Origin: a virus
Lineage: Duplodnaviria; Caudoviricetes
Strand: one strand, 5' to 3'
IMG/VR virus record: IMGVR_UViG_3300003369_000003
Span: 1-32,788 of that record
DNA: 32,788 nt
This document shows positions 26,917 through 32,788 of the stretch, in pieces (position 1 is the stretch's first letter; the number at the start of each line of letters is the position of its first letter). Below the pieces are notes generated by a model that worked only from the letters and a program-made list of their open reading frames with translations, was not told the origin of the DNA and did no database searches. The translations under genes and the position numbers were made by a program.

Positions 26917-27257
26917 AATCTATGGGTTTTTACAAATTCCAATTGCTCCTTAAATAAAGGATAAACAAAACCTTTCGCTTCGTATATTTCATTATATTGG
27001 TTACTCATAATGTCTCGATATTCGTTTTTAATGTCCTCAATAAAAAATTCTTCGGTCAGCCCGTCATCGCAGTTATCAAACATATTTAATTTTTCTGCAA
27101 TATCATCACATGATGGGTGGGTTTTCCATACATAAAAATCTCCCTCGTGGACACAAGATTGACAATTATATATTTCTCCTACCTCAATAGGTAGCCCACA
27201 AAAATTGCATAGATGTGCTTTTTTAGCCTTGTGTTTTGAATTGTTTAGTGTTGTCAT
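26913..27257 (-). CDS. Zn-binding phage protein
   Basis: KAKKAHLCNFCG..I..GE.Y ... HPSC. Confidence 0.7.
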   Translation of the reverse strand: MTTLNNSKHKAKKAHLCNFCGLPIEVGEIYNCQSCVHEGDFYVWKTHPSCDDIAEKLNMFDNCDDGLTEEFFIEDIKNEYRDIMSNQYNEIYEAKGFVYPLFKEQLEFVKTHRL

Positions 27258-27282
27258 GTTAATTTATTGGTTAATTATAATG

Positions 27283-27290
27283 CAAAGGTA
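27283..27290 (-). promoter_or_regulatory. -7 promoter element (leftward)
   Basis: TACCTTTG on the minus strand, 25 nt upstream of ATG 27257. Confidence 0.6.
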
Positions 27291-27475
27291 AAAAATCATT
27301 TGGAATAACAATACATTATTTGATTTATTTTTACTATATAACCCAAATTAATTCGTTTGAGTATCATTACTTTATGGATTCGGTCAGTCACATTAGGTAA
27401 TTTAGTGTAAAGTAATATCATTACAATCTGTCAAAACAAGTCAAGTGAGAAGCTGACTAATTAAAATTTTATCGC

Positions 27476-27483
27476 TATCTTTG
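27476..27483 (+). promoter_or_regulatory. -7 promoter element (rightward)
   Basis: TATCTTTG just upstream of ATG 27496. Confidence 0.6.
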
Positions 27484-27495
27484 TAGGAAAAAGTC

Positions 27496-28077
27496 ATGGC
27501 TGTATATTCTCAAAATCTAATTAACCTGTGCAAGAAGCACAAACTGCAAATTGAAGACCTTATATTTTGTGTCTTGACCACACAGGGCTGGAATCATCGG
27601 GATTCCTATATAGGGGCGTTCCGGCCCAACAACAACAACCCAAAGACGATTTCAATGGCGGCTTCCAAAAAGCTAAAGGAAGAAGCTGTTCAAAAATACC
27701 TGTTTACGCTGCATGAGATAACAAGACGGGAAGACAGCAATCAGGTACAGGTGGAGAAACAGCTCAGGACGGATATAGAACAGGAATTTGCCGCAAAGGG
27801 TCTGGTAGATCAGGCCGAAGCCGACCCAGATAATCCCGCTGTAACAATGAGTGATGTAATGGCATTGAGAGACAAGGCTGCAATTATAAAAGAAATAAAT
27901 GAAAACATAACTAAGTGTACAGATAATAAGCAAAAGCAAGACTGGCTAAAGATGCTGATTGATGTACAGCAAATGAAAAAGGATTCAGATGACTCTGAAG
28001 AGGATACTCAACTTTATTATATCCCCTTATCGTGTCGAGATTGTCAGCTCAAAAAAGATTCGGCTGGGACTGTATAA
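27496..28077 (+). CDS. terminase-small-subunit-like HTH protein
   Basis: FC....GWN..DSYIGAF....KT..MAASKKLKEEAVQKYL resembles the TerS N-terminal helical DNA-binding domain. C-terminal CxxC. Confidence 0.5.
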   Translation: MAVYSQNLINLCKKHKLQIEDLIFCVLTTQGWNHRDSYIGAFRPNNNNPKTISMAASKKLKEEAVQKYLFTLHEITRREDSNQVQVEKQLRTDIEQEFAAKGLVDQAEADPDNPAVTMSDVMALRDKAAIIKEINENITKCTDNKQKQDWLKMLIDVQQMKKDSDDSEEDTQLYYIPLSCRDCQLKKDSAGTV

Positions 28078-28109
28078 AGTCGTTCGGCTGGGTAAGTCGT
28101 TCGGGTGGA

Positions 28110-28316
28110 TTAGTCGGTTAGGAATACTTTGTCTGGAATATCCAGACGGATTGAGTGCCGGAGTAAATAACCTTGTATCTGATTTACTCTTCCTGCTAAT
28201 TTTACCCACATAGTCCAAAACTCACATTCGGAAGCAAAGCCTTTGCGCTGGGATATTACTTCATTGAGCATACCGTTATATGTATGCAGCATCATTTGGG
28301 GATTAACTGTGTTCAT
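28110..28316 (-). CDS. hypothetical protein
   Basis: 68-aa ORF with an AT-rich leader. Confidence 0.55.
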   Translation of the reverse strand: MNTVNPQMMLHTYNGMLNEVISQRKGFASECEFWTMWVKLAGRVNQIQGYLLRHSIRLDIPDKVFLTD

Positions 28317-28337
28317 AATATTTATTATTAATGTCGG

Positions 28338-28529
28338 TTATAGTTCTTCTACGCTGATTCGTTTCTTGTGGTCAGACCATCCCGTCTGGATAAAACTGAT
28401 TGGATTCTTTTTACTTAATCTACTAAGGGCTTTTTTCCTTGCTTCTGTTTTGTTTTTAGCCATTATTCTAAATTCAACTACATCAAGTTCAATTAAGACT
28501 TCAAATGGCTTATTCTTTTTAGTTTTCAT
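28338..28529 (-). CDS. hypothetical protein
   Basis: 63 aa with a MAKNKTEARKKA motif. Confidence 0.6.
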   Translation of the reverse strand: MKTKKNKPFEVLIELDVVEFRIMAKNKTEARKKALSRLSKKNPISFIQTGWSDHKKRISVEEL

Positions 28530-28593
28530 GATAAATTTATTTAGTGTTAATTCGTTCGGTTACTAAAATCGTTCGGTTACTAAAGTCGTTCGG

Positions 28594-28836
28594 TTACATT
28601 ACTCGGTAGGGGCTTATTATTGCCTTGATAAAGTCGTACCAATTATAGTTGTTCATATCAAATGCGGTCTTAGCATCCATTGCGAGATACAGCCGCCATA
28701 TTTCCGATAGATCTTCCGGCGCAAAGCTTGTTTCAAATACCAGATCATTTATAAAGTCCTTAGAGCTTTCATGGGTAGTCATTTTGTTGCTCAGTTGGTC
28801 AATCAGATAATCGTAATCTGCTGCTGTTGCTTTCAT
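28594..28836 (-). CDS. hypothetical protein
   Basis: 80-aa ORF. Confidence 0.6.
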   Translation of the reverse strand: MKATAADYDYLIDQLSNKMTTHESSKDFINDLVFETSFAPEDLSEIWRLYLAMDAKTAFDMNNYNWYDFIKAIISPYRVM

Positions 28837-29008
28837 TTCAGTATTTATTAAAGTTCGTTGATTTTATTTAGTTCCATGATTTTGGTTTGTAGTCTTAAAA
28901 CCGCTTTCCGGCGGGTAAAGTCATTCTTTTGAGGGTATATTCTCATCTCCCTTTTTATTGCGTGCATATCATCGTATAATTTGTTTAGTTGCTTTCATTG
29001 TAGTATTT
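28828..29008. repeat. ~180-bp direct repeat, copy 1 (frameshifted copy of a 49-aa ORF)
   Basis: Nearly identical to 30836-31015. An extra base gives MKATKQIIR*. Confidence 0.9.
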
Positions 29009-29009
29009 T

Positions 29010-29294
29010 TTAAAAATTTAGTATAGGTAAGGATTTTCCCACCTCAGTATTTGCAAACGGCCTATATTCAGGTATTGGTAAGCCTTTACGTGTATAGGTT
29101 AGGTAATTATAAAGCCTTATTTTTGCGCTATACCTTGTATCAATATAACAGACTTTTGTTTGCTGTATGGCTCGGATATTAGGCTCTCTGGTCGGCTCAT
29201 AGGTTTGTAGGGAGTGCAATGATGGCTCTATATTAGTTTCTTGGATATTGCCAGTCTTTTGGCAAATTATCGCATATTTATACGGTCTTTCCAT
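29010..29294 (-). CDS. hypothetical protein
   Basis: 94-aa ORF. Confidence 0.55.
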   Translation of the reverse strand: MERPYKYAIICQKTGNIQETNIEPSLHSLQTYEPTREPNIRAIQQTKVCYIDTRYSAKIRLYNYLTYTRKGLPIPEYRPFANTEVGKSLPILNF

Positions 29295-29458
29295 GTCTGT
29301 ATTTATTAAAATTAAATTTTTGTACTCGTTCGGGTCGTTCGGGTTATAAAGTCATTCGACCTCATTTGCCGGTTGGGTCTAATCAGGTTTAATTAGTTGG
29401 ATTTAGTTTAATTTAGTTTCTGTTGGAAATAGTTTCCTGTGGAAAATGGTTTTAGTTG

Positions 29459-29665
29459 TTAGCTATTAATAAAATAAGTTGAGATAATAGGATAGTGATT
29501 TGTTTCATTATCGGTGAAGCTATCCACTATTTTACCCACCAATTTGCGGGTATTTCTTAACTCGAATAGGTTTGTATATGGATAACTATGCGGGTTTTCA
29601 ATTCGCACGCATGCGTCTTGGCTTCCTATAATTTCAAAAAAGACTTCTTTTGTAACTGCTTTCAT
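29459..29665 (-). CDS. hypothetical protein
   Basis: 68-aa ORF. Confidence 0.6.
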   Translation of the reverse strand: MKAVTKEVFFEIIGSQDACVRIENPHSYPYTNLFELRNTRKLVGKIVDSFTDNETNHYPIISTYFINS

Positions 29666-29677
29666 GGTTTCTGTTTT

Positions 29678-29776
29678 TTAGATGTAAATAATAATAATTG
29701 TTATCCATATTGCTGCCATAAATAGGCACCAAAGGACTGTCTTAATTCGCTTGTCTGCGGGTGTGGTTGTTTTCAT
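29678..29776 (-). CDS. 32-aa single-TM peptide
   Basis: Not in the ORF track. Reads MKTTTPADKRIKTVLWCLFMAAIWITIIIIYI. Confidence 0.5.
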   Translation of the reverse strand: MKTTTPADKRIKTVLWCLFMAAIWITIIIIYI

Positions 29777-29778
29777 AG

Positions 29779-29985
29779 TTATACAAAATCAATTAGTTTG
29801 ACCTGCTCCTCTTGTCCGTCCTCGTGTACATATACAATCCAAATGCAGTAACTTTGCCAGGCTGTATTATAAGTGCGCTTTATCGCTGCCATTGCTAAGG
29901 ATGCTGTTTTGCCAAAAGCGTAATCAAACGCCTTAGATTCTTTGGACGAGGCTATATAAGCCTTAAAATTCTTAACTGTTTTCAT
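29779..29985 (-). CDS. hypothetical protein
   Basis: 68-aa ORF. Confidence 0.6.
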   Translation of the reverse strand: MKTVKNFKAYIASSKESKAFDYAFGKTASLAMAAIKRTYNTAWQSYCIWIVYVHEDGQEEQVKLIDFV

Positions 29986-30057
29986 TTTGATTAGTTTTAC
30001 TTTGTTTAAGGCAGTTTCCTGCCTTGCTCACAATTTAAGGAGTTGCAACCCTTAAAA

Positions 30058-30336
30058 CTAAATTAGCTGTCTTGCCATTAAATCAAATTTCTCACAAAAA
30101 CAGAAATATTCTTTGCCGTTTGCACTTATCTCTTGATATAGGTTATTCTCTTCAAATACCTTTAGTCTCATTTCTTTGTTGTGCAAGTTGCTATTTAGGT
30201 GCTGCATACCCATTATTACATTTACCATGTTATATACCACACTAAACGGATTTAGGTATGTAGCTTTGTCTTTGGTAAGCACATTAGTAACTGTTGTAAT
30301 CTTTTCGATTGTTGTTTGTGTTTCAATTGTTTTCAT
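30058..30336 (-). CDS. hypothetical protein
   Basis: 92-aa ORF. Confidence 0.6.
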   Translation of the reverse strand: MKTIETQTTIEKITTVTNVLTKDKATYLNPFSVVYNMVNVIMGMQHLNSNLHNKEMRLKVFEENNLYQEISANGKEYFCFCEKFDLMARQLI

Positions 30337-30466
30337 TTTATTATTTAATTTAAAATTGTTATTCGTTCGGGTTATAAAGTCGTTCGGGTACTAAGGTCAC
30401 ATTCCTTTTATAGCTCAGTACCTTTTACAGTACTTTGCTTGATTATTAATTAATTAACTGGGTGCC

Positions 30467-30844
30467 TTATTCGGATAGTTCACCCGCTTCAATAAGTCGC
30501 ATAAGTTCATTTACTGTTATGGCTTCCACTTCTAATATGTGACCGTCTAAATCTTTTTTAGACAAATGTGCAACCTTACGACCTCTAAACTCAGTAAAAG
30601 AGACAGTAGCCATATACCTATCGTTTCCGTCGATATAATAGCATAAATTCATACCGTCGTACATTCCCACATTTGTAACAGTTTCGAGATCGAAATGTGA
30701 TAGTTCTCCTGCATCCAGTTTGCGATCATATACTAATAACCCGTACTTTGTTTCGTCTATCTCATAGCGTAAAAATCCATTTCTTGGAAAGCCCTCTGAT
30801 GCTGGGCGCATAAGTAACCGATACCAATATTCGGGTGCTTTCAT
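30467..30844 (-). CDS. DarA C-terminal-like (defence against restriction A) domain protein
   Basis: YWYRLLMRPASEGFP..G......YG.LVYDRKL...EL..FDL matches the DarA_C pattern as recalled. Confidence 0.55.
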   Translation of the reverse strand: MKAPEYWYRLLMRPASEGFPRNGFLRYEIDETKYGLLVYDRKLDAGELSHFDLETVTNVGMYDGMNLCYYIDGNDRYMATVSFTEFRGRKVAHLSKKDLDGHILEVEAITVNELMRLIEAGELSE

Positions 30845-30855
30845 TTCAGTATTTA

Positions 30856-31005
30856 TTAAAGTTCGTTGATTTTATTTAGTTCCATGATTTTGGTTTGTAG
30901 TCTTAAAACCGCTTTCCGGCGGGCAAAGTCATTCTTTTGAGGGTATATTCTCATCTCCCTTTTTATTGCGTGCATATCATCGTATAATTTGTTTATTGCT
31001 TTCAT
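30856..31005 (-). CDS. 49-aa protein (intact copy inside the 180-bp repeat)
   Basis: MKAINKLYDDMHAIKREMRIYPQKNDFARRKAVLRLQTKIMELNKINEL. Confidence 0.6.
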   Translation of the reverse strand: MKAINKLYDDMHAIKREMRIYPQKNDFARRKAVLRLQTKIMELNKINEL

Positions 31006-31326
31006 GGTAGTATTTATTAATTTTAAAGTTTGTTAACTCGTTCGACCCCTTTACTCGTTCGACCTGTTTGGCCGGTTGGGTCTAGTCCGGTTTATTTTAG
31101 TTGGATTTGATTTAATTAGTTTCCAATGGAAATAATTTCCTGTGGAAAACGGTTTAAGATTGGGCTGGATTATATTGGGTTTTTTATAATCCTCTTTTTT
31201 ATATACTCCTCCCAATTAAATTTGATTCGGGTGCTGCTATCGGGGCCAAATTGAGCTTTACAAATATTACAAATACGGTCTTCGCTAAATTCGGTTATAT
31301 CTCCGCCACCGCAAATAGGGCAGTTT

Positions 31327-31548
31327 TTATAAGCTCGATAAGTTTTCATTAGCTATATTCATTAGTTTGTCAAATATAACTGGGTCTGCCAATTTTAGCT
31401 CACCGGATTCAAAACGGGTATTTACTCTTTTGCAAAACTCTTTTGCAGGTATTAAGGGAGAAATATAAATTCCGAAACTAATTTCCGGTATAGCACACAA
31501 GTACTCATATCCATTTCTTATTGATTCAATTTGTATTATTTTTCCCAT
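31327..31548 (-). CDS. hypothetical protein
   Basis: 73-aa ORF. Confidence 0.55.
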   Translation of the reverse strand: MGKIIQIESIRNGYEYLCAIPEISFGIYISPLIPAKEFCKRVNTRFESGELKLADPVIFDKLMNIANENLSSL

Positions 31549-31558
31549 TTTATTAATT

Positions 31559-31795
31559 TTAAAAGTATTTATTAATTATCTGTACATTATTACCTTTTAC
31601 AAGGTATTGAAAATTTGCAGAGCGCAAAATCTTATCGGGGTTGCCAATATCCTCAACAAGATTAAACCCTTTTAATGCTGGATTAGAAGCAAGTTCAAAA
31701 CCAAGAGCCTTTAGCTCCTCTCTTGTGGTTATCTTTAAAAATTCAGCTTGATTGGCTAATATTTTAGGCAAATACTCATCTGTCATAGTTTTCAT
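31559..31795 (-). CDS. hypothetical protein
   Basis: 78-aa ORF. Confidence 0.6.
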   Translation of the reverse strand: MKTMTDEYLPKILANQAEFLKITTREELKALGFELASNPALKGFNLVEDIGNPDKILRSANFQYLVKGNNVQIINKYF

Positions 31796-31799
31796 GGTC

Positions 31800-31982
31800 T
31801 TATTTATTAGGTTGTGCCATTTTACTTATTGCCATATCAATAAGATACATTTTACTTTCTTCAGTCGGACTGCTAAGATTAGATACATGATAGATTACTT
31901 CAATTAGCTGTTTTTTACTCATTTGAATTAATTTAGCTACCTGTAAATGGATTTCTGATTTAATTTCATTGTCTGTTTTCAT
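31800..31982 (-). CDS. hypothetical protein
   Basis: 60-aa ORF. Confidence 0.55.
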   Translation of the reverse strand: MKTDNEIKSEIHLQVAKLIQMSKKQLIEVIYHVSNLSSPTEESKMYLIDMAISKMAQPNK

Positions 31983-32007
31983 AATGTTATTTATTACCCT
32001 GTTATTA

Positions 32008-32238
32008 CTATTTAGTTTTTATTTTATCCCAAAACGGGTCATAAGAAAACGCCACATCATAGCATAGTTCCTTTGTTTCGGTATTATGAAAGGTTGTAAC
32101 ATTAACTGTATTTTCTACCTTGTATGCTTTAATTATTGCTGTCGTTGTGTCATTTGCTTTAATGTACAGGTCTGATTCGTGGTGCCCGATGTAATTTTCT
32201 GGGCATGATTCCATAATTTGTTGATAAATTGTTTTCAT
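32008..32238 (-). CDS. conserved phage early protein
   Basis: IGHHESDLYIK ... YDVAFSYDPFW. Likely start ATG 32238. Confidence 0.6.
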   Translation of the reverse strand: MKTIYQQIMESCPENYIGHHESDLYIKANDTTTAIIKAYKVENTVNVTTFHNTETKELCYDVAFSYDPFWDKIKTK

Positions 32239-32242
32239 AATA

Positions 32243-32431
32243 TTAGATTTTTTCAAGTCCAGAGTAGATATTAAAAAGAGTATCACAAAACTCATTCAAT
32301 GTTTCAGGGCCGGGATGCACATTACCTAATTGATAATCTCTAATCCATAACTGTAAACTTTTTAGTTCGTCTACCTTTAAAGCTATCTCATTCCTTAGAT
32401 CAATAACTTCTTGTTTGTAATTTGTTTTCAT
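32243..32431 (-). CDS. hypothetical protein
   Basis: 62-aa ORF. Confidence 0.55.
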   Translation of the reverse strand: MKTNYKQEVIDLRNEIALKVDELKSLQLWIRDYQLGNVHPGPETLNEFCDTLFNIYSGLEKI

Positions 32432-32450
32432 GATATTTAATTTAAAATTG

Positions 32451-32777
32451 TTATTCGTAATAATGACGGGCCATATTTTCGTTCTGTCCTCTTTTTAATT
32501 CAAAATAAACGGCATATCCTTGTTTTGAATACTCTTTACATACTTTATTGCTACCAAAGCCAAAAGGTGTAAAGATAGCCCCACAATAACGATATGTGGT
32601 ATACCACCATCCGCCCTCTTCCGGGCCACCATAATTACGGGATGTCTCATAATAAGAAGTCCAGAATACCTTTAAAAAAGATAGCCTGTATCTTAATCTT
32701 CTCATTGTTTCATTGTCTTTGCAAAACCAATAAACATTCCAAATTTTAGGAATGATAAAATCTAAAACCTTTTTCAT
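32451..32777 (-). CDS. conserved phage protein (YGGPEEGGWWY motif)
   Basis: 108-aa ORF containing that motif. Confidence 0.65.
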   Translation of the reverse strand: MKKVLDFIIPKIWNVYWFCKDNETMRRLRYRLSFLKVFWTSYYETSRNYGGPEEGGWWYTTYRYCGAIFTPFGFGSNKVCKEYSKQGYAVYFELKRGQNENMARHYYE

Positions 32778-32788
32778 AACATTATTTT

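Larger units (their letters stand above)
28080..31062. repeat. dispersed TCGTTCG(G/A) motif in 17-bp-period clusters
   Basis: Starts at 28080/28097; 28552/28569/28586; 29326, 29335/29352; 30363/30380; 31038/31055. Confidence 0.85.

Noticed and set aside
28552-28597. CRISPR mini-array
   Set aside because: The 17-bp units are contiguous with no unique spacers, and no cas genes are present. The PD-(D/E)XK nuclease sits in a recombination module.
1-32788. Stop-codon reassignment as seen in some Bacteroidota phages
   Set aside because: Long genes are intact in the standard code and no suppressor tRNA is evident.

Overview
A 32.8-kb, AT-rich segment of a tailed dsDNA phage or prophage that probably infects a Bacteroidota host, judged from repeated TAnnTTTG promoters (often TTTG-N19/20-TAnnTTTG) and AT-rich gene leaders. 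The + strand (1-10257) carries the end of the tail module (including a 1679-aa baseplate/tail-fibre protein with internally duplicated modules), a lysis cassette, and a tRNA-Met followed by an HNH gene and a second 3' tRNA half. A ~1.2-kb gene-poor stretch packed with dissimilar operator-like palindromes, plus a small RNA unit, separates this from a long - strand early/middle region. That region encodes a RuvC-like resolvase, a radical-SAM protein, DnaB, a replication initiator with iterons, an HNH, a NinB-like protein, an SSB, an exonuclease, a Rad52/Sak-like annealase, a DNA MTase, a tyrosine recombinase, a pentapeptide protein, a 201-nt tRNA-like gene lacking a normal anticodon arm, and many small early genes punctuated by 17-bp-spaced TCGTTCGG repeats. 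A lone TerS-like gene lies on the + strand. All family calls come from motif recognition by eye; no database searches were run.
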